DNA from: the human T2T-CHM13v2.0 reference genome, Homo sapiens | DNA: 64,000 nt | Direction: 5' to 3' (one strand) | Assembly (NCBI RefSeq): GCF_009914755.1 | Contig: NC_060925.1 | Shown here: in pieces, positions 27,583 through 40,900 of the stretch | Layout: the number at the start of each line of letters is the position of its first letter | How positions within the stretch are numbered: position 1 is the first letter of the stretch | The notes under the pieces: generated by a model | Told to the model about the DNA's origin: nothing | The model's database searches: none | The model's input: only the letters and a program-made list of their open reading frames with translations | Translations under genes and position numbers: made by a program

Positions 27583-30009
27583 TAGAAGTGCCTTTTAAAG
27601 ACTCCTTGAAGGTTTTAGTTTTGTGCAGAGTGTGGGTTGATGGTACACATAATTTTTTGGTCCAGAGCTTATCTTCCTTGGAATTCAGGAGCCCATCTTC
27701 TTGCCCTTAGGGCAGGTGGCCCTAAGCCCTTGAGGGGGATCCTGCCTTGCACCAGCTGGTGGTCACCTATTCAGTAGCTGACCCCCAGTGATGCCTTAAT
27801 GTTTGAGGTTGCCATTATCCATGACACAACCTTTCTTCGTCTCCTTCCTAATCATCCCGCAGTTCAATAGTGCATGACTAGAGAGCTTCACCAATCTCCA
27901 TCTGGCCGAACTTCAAAAGAAGTGGAAGCTGAAGCAGGGTTTCATCTGCTGAGCATCTGAAGCTGCTGGAGGTTAGGAGAAATACCTTTCAGAAAGCATG
28001 AAATTCAACCAGTGGTGGAGAGAAAGAGACTAGGAAATAGAGGCAGTGTTATCATTAGGGAGGTGCTGGGGACTGTGTGCCACATATTTTTAGTGTTGGA
28101 GTCACCCGCCACCGTCACTGTGTGAGCTCACAGTTCTCTCAGGGAGCATCTTGGACACTGAGTCATTACATTCCTTTAGAGTGATTTAACTCAACAGCTT
28201 GACACCTTCATTAATTTTACAACACGAAGCCTGGGTGCTCTCTGCTTCCTCTTTAACAGTGCAGGGAAATTAGAGGAATATTGAAAATATAAAACCAGGG
28301 GATACTGGAAGAAGGAGCAGTCAAGGAGCTGTTGAAAAACATCATGTTAAGGAATTGAACTACTTGTCTTTCCTTGGTATCTCTTGGGATCGAGCACCCA
28401 GCTCTTGCCACTCGTCTCTGGCACATAAACCTTTTATTTCCGTTCCTGGCACGCTGGCCAAACCTCCAACTTGCAGCCAGCTCGTTTGCCTTCTCTGCTG
28501 AGGTCACTGCTACCGTGATCCGTGTATAATGGCATTTTCCTCCTCTTTTCAGTATGAAGGCTATTACAGTTTCTTCTCTAAACAGGACTTCAAACAATTT
28601 GCTGCCAGTTGCATTTCAAAGGCAGGGAAAAGGCAAATGTCATCCTTTTTTCCTCCCCTCTTTGGGTAACTGCTTTGTTGGTTGCATCAAAAATTAGAGG
28701 GGCTGCTATCTAAATTCAGGTGGGGATGCGTGGGGACAAGGCATTTAAATGTGCTTTTCTTTCTCCCTGAAGGAGAAAAACGCTTTTCCTTCTCAACCTT
28801 TCCTAAAAAGGAACTTTGATCTTCCCAACCCACAAGCAAGGGTTTCATTTCTTCCAGGCCGGCGTGTACTCCACAGCTCCTTCTGTGGCGTGGTGACCGT
28901 CACCCGCTGCATCAGCAGCTCTGCTTTTCAAGCTGTGCTCCTCCACTGCACCAGCGCCCTTTGGGCTGGAAGTTGGCACCCAGAGTCCTCGGCTGGACAC
29001 GGACACCTCTCCAAAGTCACCCTTACGTCCCTAAGATCACTGTCCCTTGACATTAAATAGTGCGTGGTGGTTTAAGATGCTTTTTATTTCAATATACATT
29101 TCTGGAAGAACTACTTTAATCAAATAACAAAACAATGACATTCTGGCAAGCAGTTCATGCAATATTTTTAACTAAGGCCAAGGGAAAAAAAATAAATGGC
29201 AGAGATATTTCACTTTGAAAGGTAGTTTTTGTGCATGTGAAGTTGCCACTTTTCATAAAGGCTTTTACTACATATATCAATGAGTTTTAAGAGAGACTAG
29301 GGTCAATAATGCATGCTTTAGAATTCCCTAAATACAGATTTACACAATAGCCTTAAAATATATTCTGTTCTATCATGTCAACTCCTGTGCGCTTCTACCA
29401 GCGGAATTTTATTTCTTTAATGTGAAAAACAAAAGGACAGAGGAAAGTAAAGTAAAACAAAGGAAATTAGGGCCCACAAGCTTAATTAGTATAGTGTTGT
29501 AACCCAAATCAACAATGGGAAGGACACAGTGACAAAACCCAGGAAATTCCAAGTCGAAAGAGAGGCTCTTTCCTTTAACTCCTTGAGTGCCAGGGCACTT
29601 GCTAGCCAGCTCCTTACCCAGGTGCAGGAGGCTACCTGAGTACAACTCACTGTCTTTATTGTTGAACTTCCTGGCTTTTGTTGACTTTCCCTTCTCCTTT
29701 CCTCCCTTAATGTACATGAAACATACCTTTGTGTGTGCGTTAATTATAGATAAATGGGCTAAAATTGCCTCTTGGTTTTGTAACCCTCAGAGAAGGGGAA
29801 AGAGTACAAAAAAAATTCCTGTCACTGTCATCTGTTCATTTTTAATGAGCAATTTTTAAAAATTGAAAATAAAAGAGGAAAATGAATAGGTGTTGAACCA
29901 GCCCGTGATATGTAAATGCCAACTAGTAATTACCTAAAACCTCAATTTTCATTCTGTTTCATCTTGCAAAACATTTCATTTTCCCTGAGTGAAAACACTT
30001 AATTTGGGC

Positions 30010-30110
30010 TGTGCGAGTTAGCGGAGCGGCCGCCCCGGCCTGCGCCTCCGCCGGCTCCGGCTAGGGGGCACTTTGGCTCTGCGCTTCTGCCGCCTGCGGG
30101 CTCGTCCACC
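30010..30110. promoter_or_regulatory. CpG-rich micro-island with CTCF-like motif
   Basis: Dense CpGs, NotI site GCGGCCGC (30026-30033), and CGGCTAGGGGGCAC (30058-30071), 13/14 match to the CTCF core CCRSYAGRKGGCRS. Confidence 0.55.
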
Positions 30111-33100
30111 TCAAGGTTATTCCCCTCTTGCCATTCCAGTGGTTTTACTCCGAGTGTGCAGGCCCCTCCCCCCTACTCCCACTAGTCTGGTTTCGGGGAG
30201 CCTGTTCCTCCTTGTCCTTGCAGAGGCGCGTATTGAATTTTGGCTGACCGAGCCTTCCTCTGCATATTAACTTTCCCCTCTTACCTGGCTATTGGGCCCT
30301 TGGCGTCCCTGAGTTGCAGTCACACTCTGAGAGCAGCTTTCTGGAAGCTTTCTTTCTCCCTTTGAGGTTGCACACAGAACTGCCTCTAGTTTTTGTTTAT
30401 TCCTGCTGCTTTTTTAGTCTTTCTTTTCATTTTGGCAGCTGGGGAAATCCTGGATTGAGGCTCACACACATTTGCCCTCCTGCCACACTGAGAATGACAA
30501 TTCCGACGCTTGCTTTCTTTTGCATACTTGTAGATTTTTCTTCTACTCTGGTTTAGGATATGTCACCTTTTGGATATGTTCGTGGAATGTGGCTTGTGGT
30601 TGCCGCTGCTTCCTTCCCTCCCCAGCCTGTTCCCTAGCTAGAAAGAGAGCGTGTAGACTTGAGAAAGAACAGGGAGCCCGGCATTGTGAATGGTAGATCA
30701 GAGAGGAGCCTGCATGTAGAAAACCAGAATTATGTTGTCCTAGGACCCTGGATCCGAGAGTGCTCTGCCTGGAATCTCAAGGAACACGGCCTCTTTAGTG
30801 AGATATATAGCTTCATAATTAGCCCGTTGCATTTTTTCACGAGTGCTAGCATCAGCGTTCTACGATGTGTTTCTCTGATTAACAGCTGCTTTGCAACTAT
30901 TTCCCTGTGCCGCCGATGACCATATTTGTCAAGGAACTCCTGACAGAGTACTGATTTCTTACTAAAATGCAGCATTTCTGTTTGAAGAGGGTTCTCTCAT
31001 TCTTGGCAGTGCCTGGCTTTTTAAGTCAGTCCTTGTTAAAACTCGAGTTGGCTTTGGTCTAACGCTTGTTAACAGGATTCTGGGTATCTACTTTAGTGTA
31101 TGAACGTAGGAACCTTTCACAGGCAATTTAATCTTCTGAGCAGCGCACGTGGAGCAGTGCGGCGCTGGAATGGGGTTTCGGGCCCGTAGATTATATTGGT
31201 CATTTTCTTTTGCCCTCTAGTTGTGATCTCTGTGGGTTAAAAGGACTTGGCTTTGGTTGTTAGTGTCATTAATTTTTGAATATTTTTAATATTTTAAGAT
31301 GGCTAATGAATGCTCACATCTTAGGAGATAGATGTGTATGTAGTACACAGGAGTGCTGGAATTGGTGGCATTCCAAATAAGTGTCACTGGAGACAATGCA
31401 TCAGGTTTACATGTCAGGTGCAAAGTGCTAAGGCTCCCTCAAACCCCAGGTTCATTATTAGGCAGGCTCTGTCCTCCTGTCCCCCTCGTGCAGAAAATAA
31501 AGTGTGTATTCTGAAGATTACAATGTGCAGGTCTTTTGTAGGAGAGTGGAAAACACATAGGAAGCATCTCTTTGGTGAGGACTGTCAGGAACCTCAGTTC
31601 TTCTCACTGGGGATTACTTACCCTACACAATGCATTTAACAGCACATAGTTCATAGTAGATAACCCCTGAGTATACTGTATTCCATTGATTTATACAGTT
31701 ACAAATCCTGCTCTCTCAAATACAAATCTCTCTCAATTGGCCAGTCATCTTAGATCTAAAGGTGTTTTTCAACCTGAAGTCCCCCCCGCTTTTTTCCAAG
31801 TTGCTGACAGTGACTCCAGTGACTCCGGTGTAACCATTGTTATGAGACTGCAAAGACAAGAATTTACTCCTCTTCCTTGCACCTCAGTTTTATCTCTAAG
31901 TGACACATAGTGAAAATTATGAAATTTCCCCAAAATTGTGGAATTGGTGGTGGCAGGGTTGTTTTATTTTGCTTTGGGTGGAGAAGGGGACAGAAGGTAG
32001 GGTCAGAGGGATGGGGGGCGGGGAGAAACTGGTCTGTTTTCTTTGGAGTTTGTTGTCTTTATTTTGATTAAACTAGCTATTGGTAATTCGAGGTGCACTC
32101 ATTAAGAACTCAGTGCAAGAGGAAGGGAAAGGAACGCTGATTCCATATTTATCACAGGCTCACCAGCAAGCAGCTTCGACGGCGGCATCAGCAGCTTAGT
32201 GCCAGAATTCTCCCTGGCTTGCTGCACTCCCACAACATGTGCAATAAAGTTCCTGTCTCCGTTTTACATCTTTGACATTGAGGCGGAAGATTTGGCCTGA
32301 ATTTATGTAATTTAGTTGGGCACAAATATAACCCATGAATAGTCACATTCATCTTCTAATTAGAAAATCAAATGATAATACAGGACAGGCTGCAGGCACC
32401 CCATCATCGAATCCAACAAAAGCGTGTTGTGTGTGTTGGGCCTCTGCAGAGGAAAGTCAGTTGAATTGCTTCATGAAATTAATGAAAAGTGCCCAACAAT
32501 AGGTGGGTGAAAGGCACAAACCGAGTGCCCTGTCAGTTATTTAGTGTGTGAAGATGTTAGCATTATGGGTAAAGAGTTTTGCAAAATCTTCTCCCATCGA
32601 TGTATGAATCATGGGGCTATAAAATTCTAGATTGGACAGGTCCTTCCCCCCATTTTGTAGTGCCAGTTCCTTGCGGGGAGGGAGGGAGAAGAGTCAAGAG
32701 TAACTGAAGAAATAATTAGTGAAAAGAGGAGAGAGGTTTTCATATGTTCACACTTACATGTAGCCACTTCTCAGGGTGTCTTTCTTATTCAGCACATTAG
32801 GTTGGGGCTATTTGAGTGCTTTATATTTTTGCATCTAGTGTAGTGATGTCGATGCTGTTAAATATGTGATTTGCCTGTCGCCTGCATTTTCAGACAAAGA
32901 TCAAGAGGAACATAAACAAGCCCCAAATATACTTTATGTAGGTGTTTGGCAGTATTATTTTATATGACTTGAAATTAGTGAATGGAAACTTTAAAAGAAA
33001 TTGTTCATATTTTTGCAAGTTTGAAGTGTGCCGGGACTTTGTCAAATTCCCGTTAAAATAAATACGTCAATTTCATCTCCCTTCCAAATTCATTTATCTT

Positions 33101-35387
33101 GCTTTTTTAAAAGGTGTTTTCTACTTTACCTGATGTTTAAATTGGATTCGCTCGTTTATGCTGTTCTTTGCTATATCCCCCACGTTCTTCTTAAATGAAT
33201 TACTAATGACAGAGCACTCCATCATTCCCTCTCTGCAGCCACTTTAAGGAAAGCATGGTGATCTAAACCTTTTAACCTATTAAAGATGATTTTTCCCAAT
33301 TGAATCAGACCCACCACAGGTGTAATAACTAATCATTTAAACTACACCTGCTATTATGTATTTTTAAGCCATTATGCATGTTGGATAGATGATAATTCAT
33401 GTTTATTGCATTGTCCGATGGATCCGTTTTGCCTACACTAGGCTGATTAATGTATTTAAAGAAATAAGAGATGCATTTTTTTAAAAAAAATTGATGGAAT
33501 GCGCCAAGCACTGCATTGAGTGCACCATTAAACCCATCAGAACTTTGCTCTCTGACCAGAAATGCATATACCAAGGACTATATTAAAAAAGCAAGGTGAA
33601 ACCTGTGTGTTCCAGTGGTGGGATTCTGTTTTCTTTCTCTGTCATGGAAAATTTTGGAAGGATGAAGGAAAGCTTTCTGTTTCTATGGGTAAATGATAGG
33701 AGCTGTACTACTAGCATCTTCTGCTTAAGACCTGTTCATCCACATTTCCGCTGACACCTGGTACACGTGTCACACACAGCATGCAGACTACCGCATGATA
33801 CGAGTAGTGTAATTTTCTTGTGTGTTGAAGGTGTATTTTTTTCTCCAGGTGAAGAACAACTATCCCCACGCCATCTGAGCTGTGCAGACTGGCGCTGACC
33901 CTGGGGGCCAGTGACTGGGTACCTGTTCATTCTCTTTCCAGAGCAGGGGCCTCGCTTCCGTTGGTTTTTCTGCTTGTCTCTCATTTCTCCTCTCTCCTTT
34001 TCCCCCTCTCTCCTGTTATAGCTCCTTGTGTACTGTTGCCTTCTTCTCCCCACCTTTCCTACCTCTACCCATCCCCTTTTCTTTTTTCTCTTTTTTCCTT
34101 CTTCCCTTCTCCTATCTCTTCATTAAAATGCATCAGTGTTGTAGATGTTTGTTAGATTTCTCTTGATTTTGGTGTGACCTGAGGCGATCTGGTTGAGTAT
34201 GCCGTTTGGGGTCTCTAGAATCTCGAGCATTCATTTTTCTTTAGTCCAGAACTGGTCTATTACTGTGGTTCATGACGGTGGTTAGTACTGTCGGCAGCAT
34301 TGGAGGACAGATGATAATCTGTGCGGAGCTGGGCTTGGCTGTCAAGGGACACTAGTATGTCCTGTTGGTGACAGGCCCAGACCTGAAAAGTCAAGATACT
34401 GAGTTCATCCTTTAGGGGAATGTCTAGGTAAGCCTCCCACGGAGGGGTTGCAGGGAAAATGAATACAGGCTTTTCCCTGGCTTTTTTTCTTTGGTTTATC
34501 CTCATATCTTTTGTTCCCCAAAAGTCTGTCTGGTCTCAGGATTACATTCATATAAAATATGGGGAAGGAGATGATTTGTAACTTGTATTTCACTTACAGT
34601 CACAGTACTTTCTGTTTGACTGCTTCCCTTAGTTTGAAGGATCTTAGAAAACTTCCTTACATCTAGCCTTAGAAATTTTTTCTTTCAACAACTTATGAGT
34701 GAACTCAGGGCCTGTTGACTTTATCTGTAACATGAGACCATATTATTCCTTTGATTTTGATGAGGCGAATAATAGCAGTCATTTAAAACAGCCCCTTTCC
34801 TACCTGGGGCAGGTGGGCGTTTCCCATCCATAGGGCTGGTGTCTGGGGTGGAAAGTAGACAAGCCAGGCGTAAACACACACTTCGCGTGTGCTGAGTGAT
34901 GTGAAGGTTAATACCTGCAGCGGTGCCCCTTCCATCCCCTGCCCGGCTTATGTGGAGATAGGAAGATTTCATTAAATAATATTCATTACCAGAGGCAGGT
35001 AGACAATCTGTCAATCTGTCAGCTTTTAGCCATGAAACTCCAAACTTTGCCCTTTGAAGGGTCTTCAGAACTCAGCTCCATTGCAGAAGGGGGGCCAGAG
35101 TGAATGGCAGTGGGTGTTGTCTCCGACATAATCCCTTCCAGCCGGGACGCCCTCAACACTTTGCCAGGCTCTGGAGAGAGTGTGGTCTCTGCCCTTCACT
35201 TGCTTGCAGCGTAGTTGGGGAGGCAGGCTGAACATTAGAAGATGGTGTAATTATGTCTTCAATTATATGGTACACAGTACAGGCACTGAAGAATTGAAGA
35301 GAATAGGGAGATCAGAGATGGCTTGCTTATTTAGGCAAGGCTTCGAGGAATCAGAACAGACTATAAAAGGGCTGTGCTGATAGAGAA

Positions 35388-35425
35388 CGTGTGTGTGTGT
35401 GTGTGTGCGTGTGTACGTGCGCGTG
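35388..35425. repeat. (TG/CG)n alternating purine-pyrimidine tract
   Basis: cgtgtgtgtg…gtgcgtgtgtacgtgcgcgtg. Confidence 0.85.
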
Positions 35426-35826
35426 GGGTAACGTTTAGACAGGTGGAGGCAGGAAAGGGAGGCCTTCCAGAAAGACAGCATACAGGGCACAAGGGCGGCG
35501 ACATGGGTGCGCATGGCCACACCTGCCGGGGAGTATGAAGAATCAGCTCGAATGGAGATCAGGAGGAACAGGAAGGATCGTCGCAGGCCTGAAGCTCGGC
35601 AGAGGGATTAGATTTGACAGACTCAGATACAGGAAGCCAGTGAAGACAGGGAAACAACATCGCCTTTCATTTAGGTAGATTTTAAGTTTAAGAAATAACT
35701 GGTTATAAATTTGACCACAATAGTATGCTTGTCTCTGTGGAGCTGGGAAAAACTCCTAGGATTTTTAATCTTGAAATTCAGACTATTGAAGTGAAGTTTA
35801 CTCCTCTATTTTCTCTCTCTCACCAG

Positions 35827-35911
35827 ATTGCCACGGCAGTGAAGTTTCTACAGAATTCCCGGGTCCGCCAGAGCCCACTTGCAACCAGGAGAGCATTCCT
35901 AAAGAAGAAAG
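35827..35911 (+). CDS. PEX14: PEX14 (peroxisomal membrane docking protein) internal coding exon 3, 85 nt, phase 0 to phase 1
   Basis: Translates to [28 protein letters not shown](G), matching PEX14 residues ~29-57 as I recall them. Preceded by a pyrimidine tract ttttctctctctcaccAG and followed by the donor AAG|GTACAG. Confidence 0.97.
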
Positions 35912-36955
35912 GTACAGGTTCCACAGGGCTGTGCAGCACGGCCTGCAGGGGGACTGGGGCTGGGGCAGATGGAAGCCACGGTGCAAGGCAGGTGCTGAGC
36001 TGCCAGGACTTCCTAGAGCTGCCCACTCATGGGGCAGTGGGGCTGAGGCGAACCCCCCAGTGGGGCATGCAGGTTTCTTTCCTGACGATGGAGCGGCAAG
36101 ATGACACGATTCGGGTAATTAAGCACGGATGACTTAGTCCAGTCCATCATGGCAAAGGCAGCATTCAGTAGCAGAGTCGGCCCATTGGATGAGACTGTGG
36201 AGGACTTCTGGTTTTTGGTCTGCTCTGTGTCAGTGACCCTGGCTGCAGGATGACTAGCTTAGGTTAGGAGTTCAGCTGCTTCAATAGAGAATGAGGGAGA
36301 AAGAAATGAAGGGCGAGGGAAACGAGATGACTAACAAGGTCAGGTTAAACTCAAGCTTGGGGTCAGTCCGATTTACAGATTGAAGCGGTAAATTAGTGGT
36401 TTTATGGTATTTCTGTAAACAGGGATAAAGTGGACCCTGACAAATTCAATATTGTCTGAAGAGACAATCTATTCTGGTTCTGTTGGACTTCAGGGTATTT
36501 TTCTTTTTTTGTAAAATGAAAACTACAAAGAAACCTGACTTTTCAATTTTTTATACATGTAATTTTCTAGAAATCTAGGAGGTCATTTACACATCCTTAT
36601 ATACCATGAGGGGCAAAAGTAAGCTTTCTTCCTCCCAAAGCAAAACTCTTTTTCCTTAAGGAGCTGGAATGCCAGCCTTGAAATTCTGAGTTTTGAGCTT
36701 TCAGTCATTTTTGGCTGGAATAGGTGGGTGATATTTCCTAGGTCTGCTCTGTGATGTCCCGCTGAAGGGATGCAGCATGAACCATTGGTCCCTTCATGCG
36801 ATCATGTCCCGGGGCTGCACTAACAGGGTTTGGGCAGAAGAAGCCCAAACATTTCACCACAGGCAGCTGCTTCGCGGCAGCCCCAAGGCTGGGTCCCTGC
36901 GACAGAGTTGGTAAGGAGCACTGCACGGCTGCTCACTGGCTGCATTGTGCCAGCA

Positions 36956-36972
36956 CCCCCCCCCCCCCCCCC
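36956..36972. repeat. C17 homopolymer
   Basis: 17 consecutive C. Confidence 0.95.
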
Positions 36973-37258
36973 GCCATCATTAGGAGATTATTAAAATTTG
37001 GAGTGTGTTGGCTGGCCTCGCCACTCCGCAAGCATCATGCCATAAAAGAGTTTTTCCTTGAAATATGTGTACCTATGGGGAGTAATTAATCATAAAAGCT
37101 TAGGGATTTCAGCTCTCTCATCAAAGCATTGAAGCTGGGGAAAGCTGAGCCTAAAAGCTGAGCTGATTACCCGGGGTAACCTGAGACAAAATCTATGGTT
37201 GCCGAGAGATCCTTAGCTCCAGTATATTGTGCAATATTATAACTGCCTGATCTTCTCT

Positions 37259-37465
37259 TCCACCGACAATGACCAGTTAGTCCTCATTTTCTCTCAAACG
37301 CAGCTGGGTTAGAATTTCATTTGCAGAAGGTATTTAGAGCAATTTAGAGACAAATGTCTCTGGTGTTTGCTCGGCACTTCCCCACCGCAGGCTTTGCTGA
37401 GCAGTTTTAGTATCAGGAGCTCCATCTAATCTGTTTAATTTTAATAAATCCCTGACTGGGAGAGG
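37259..37465. promoter_or_regulatory. Probable ultraconserved element uc.1 (intronic CNE)
   Basis: Unique AT-rich block beginning TCCACCGACAATGACCAGTTAG, ~1.4 kb downstream of exon 3. Sequence start and position match my recollection of uc.1 in PEX14; not verified by alignment. Confidence 0.7.
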
Positions 37466-37604
37466 GAGTGAAAAAAAAAAGAGAGAGAGAAACTCTGGAC
37501 CAAATAATACTTCTTTTGAGTTACTTGGCTAATAATTACTGTAGAGAGAAAACTGTTTTGTGCAATTATGATTCGTTGCTCCTTTAGCAAAAAAAATCCA
37601 ACTG

Positions 37605-37915
37605 ATCAATTCATCCAAGAGTCATTGTGCACCCTATGCCCTGTCCCTGGACTCCCATCAGGAATTTAGCAGAGAACCGAACAGACAAAATCCCTGCCCT
37701 CGCAGAGCTTAAATTCTAGTGGAGGGAAGGCAGACGATTAACAAATGGGAAAATGAAATAGGTCGGATGTCAGATGCCGAGCGCCATGGATACTGATGAA
37801 TGAAGCAGGGAGCCGGGGTGAGGAATGCCAGAGTTGGTGTGGGCTGGACTGTGATCTTAAACAACATGAATGTCAGAGTGTCTCTAAGAGGGTGGCACAT
37901 GAGCAAAGACTGGAA
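37605..37915 (-). mobile_element. L2 3' fragment
   Basis: acagacaaaatccctgccctcgcagagcttaaattctagtggag, typical of L2a. Confidence 0.8.
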
Positions 37916-40900
37916 GGTGACTGTTTATTGGTACAGTGGACATAATTCCTTCTTGACCCCTAATTTGGGTTAGAGTTTTTAGAATTTTAGGCATCTGGCA
38001 CCTTGAGATGCTATCCTGCCCTTCGTCCTCTAAAGAGAACCATGTGAGTTTATCCCGTACTTAAACCTGGAATCTCTGAGGTTAATCACCCATCTCCATT
38101 ATCCTCTAAAATGCTGCTTCAGTCAGTAATTATCCATTTCCGAGTTGAATCCCAATGGAGTAGGTTCTGGCAGGACCTTTTCTGGGCAGAGAATTCCAAG
38201 GTTTGATCGGTGTCTGGGGAAGAAAAGCCCCTTCGCAGATTTAAGCTTCACTTTTCAAATTTCGGGCTGTTCCAGGGTCAGGTTTCCGTGCTCAGCACGG
38301 CCTGGCACCGTCTCCGATGGGGATGAGGGTGAACATCTACTGGGTCCCTAACAGTAGTTGTGGCAGGAAAGCAAATTGGCTCGCTGGCCGTCTGGACCAG
38401 GAGGGGCCTGGGTTCTGGCACCCGTGCTCTTGGACTCCCTGCAGAAGCCTTGCAGTGCTGGGCTTGGAGCATGGGCTCTGGGAGGGCTCTCAGCTCCTGG
38501 AGTCTTGGCTTTTCCTAGCAATGTCACTTCAGGGAATTGCAGTGGAGCACTGACTTGAATTATAATCTTGACTTTCTTTTTTTTAATAAACATCTCTTTC
38601 CTGAAAAGGCAAATCCAATTTTGTTTTTCTTTTAATATTATTTAATATTTAATATAGAAATTGAGGTCCCTGTAGTGCATGTCAGTTCAGTGGAAAATGA
38701 GGCGCATCAGCTGAGTTTGTTTCATTGTGAAACCGCAGCTGGGAGCAGGGGCTGCATCCTGTCCGTGTTACCGACGGGTTAAGTGTTGTGCTCTGTGACT
38801 TCTGGTGGGGGTGCTGGGTGAGGGTGAGTAGGGAATGAGTGGTATAGGGATGGAAGAGCATTGGTTTGCAAAGGTCTTTCCTGTTACTTTTTTTTTGTTT
38901 TTTGTTTTGAGATCTCTTTCGGATGCTTTAAAATCTGAACATGGAGCCATTAATGAGAAACGTGAAGTTATTAGAATCATTTATCATTTTCTTTGAAGTT
39001 TGTACTGCCATTTTGTGTAATTTACAACATTTCTTCCTTTTATCGGGAATATTTTGGATGAAAGAAAAAAGCAGCTGCTCACCTTCAGAGTATTAGAATA
39101 AATGTTTTTGTTTTCCTTCCAACCACTTGATTCTGCAGATGACACATCAACTGCGGAGTCAGCCACACATCAAGATAATTGGACTGTGTGTGGGGTTTAA
39201 GCCCTCAGAACCAGTCTATATATAGAAGCAGTTCTTGCCAGGCAGGCATCATATCTGGGGCTTTAAGCAGGCTGCAATCCAGGAGGTTAGAGTAACGTAA
39301 AAACAGCAATAGAATCAGTCCAGAAAGTTAGAGGCTTGGAAATTGTCGTCAATAGGCTTGTGTTGATTTGACACCCTATCCAGCCACAAAATGTAGGAGG
39401 CAATCTGCTTCCAAAGATGTTTGGCAGGCTGAGGATGAGGTGGGTAATAGTGATGCTTGCTTGTGAGGGGGGTGAGGTGGGGGAGGGGGATAGAGTTGTC
39501 TGTTAACTTACTCTAACATATCTGTTGCAAAGCAAGCTTCTAGGAAAGACAAACATCATCTATTTTTCTGTATAACCCTGCATAGTGGGGCCTGGGTGCT
39601 GTTGGCTCACACTTACTGTGTCCTTCTCAAGTGTCTAAGTAAAGGGCTTTTTCCTGCCTCATCCAAGAAATGGTCCTGGTTGGGGTAGGCAAATGAAACA
39701 AATAAAACACACCACCATACTTTCTCATTCCAAAAGGTGAAACTAGATCTTATCCTTCTACTGTTCCTGGAAGTAGAAACCCCGGTAGCAAAACCGCCTC
39801 CTTGCTGGAAATGAACTTGAAGAAACCTGGCGGTCCCAACCTTGGTAGTGGGCTAGAGGTAAAGGGCTTCTCTGTAGAATATTTCAAGGGGGAGTAAATT
39901 CTTACACAGATTTCAATTTAACTCTCTTTTATTACTTTTCTTTTTTTTATCATTTACGTCTATTTCATGAGGTAGTTTGCATGTCCTTGAATGGAATCTC
40001 GTTACCATGAAAGCTTTTTTAGCATTGATTTCATAACAGTCTTAATTTAATAGCTCCGTCATTACTGAGAAGCTCTGGGAGTGGGGCCCTGGCTTTCCAG
40101 GTCACTGACCTTTTAATTACAAACCTTGTTCTGATGGCCAGGTTATCGACTGGACAGCTCCCAGCTTGCCCCCAGGATGAAAACGAAAATAACTGTGTTT
40201 CCTCCCCCATCTCCAGGAAAAAAAAAATTGTAACCTCTTGTGTTTCTAAAATTAATTTTCTCCTTCAGCTTTACTTTATAATTAATTCTTTAATGTGTCT
40301 TAGTGAAGCCAGAAGTCTTTTCACAAAGCTTTTCTTCCTAGAGCTTGGGTCCAGCAGATAGCTTGGGGGGAGGGCACGGAAATCTTGCCAGCTCCCACCC
40401 CTTGCTTGCGTGTGGCCCATTTCCTCATCCTCAGAAACTCCTGCGGCTGAGCTGGAAGGAATACAATTGGCTCTGTGAGGGGCTGTCTGGCCCTTCTGAT
40501 TTTTTGTTAACGAGACATGGATTGTGGCATCAAGATTTAGATTCATTCCTCTGTTTGTTGGAGTCATTGAAGCCAGTATATCCTGGACATTTTTTAAAGA
40601 GGTCCCCATTCTGAGAAAAGACAGGAGTTGAATGTCTTATTGATTCTTACCTTTCTGTTCGTTATAGACGACCAGAGGAAACAAATGCCCGACACGGATT
40701 CGACTCAGTCATAAGTGTGAACCAAATAGGCCGATCTGGGTTCTCTCACTGACTGAAGAGGAAGAGAAATAAGAGAGGACAGTGGGCAAAATGTAGGGTG
40801 ACAACCAAGGGTTCTGGTTTGCCCAGAATTGCCCTGGGTTCAACCCTGAAGTTCCCATGTTGTGGACAGCCCCGTGGTCCTAGACAAACAGGTCACCTTA

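Noticed and set aside
35725-36132. 135-aa ORF as a standalone gene
   Set aside because: Only 35827-35911 matches PEX14 and it is bounded by splice sites; the rest is intron.
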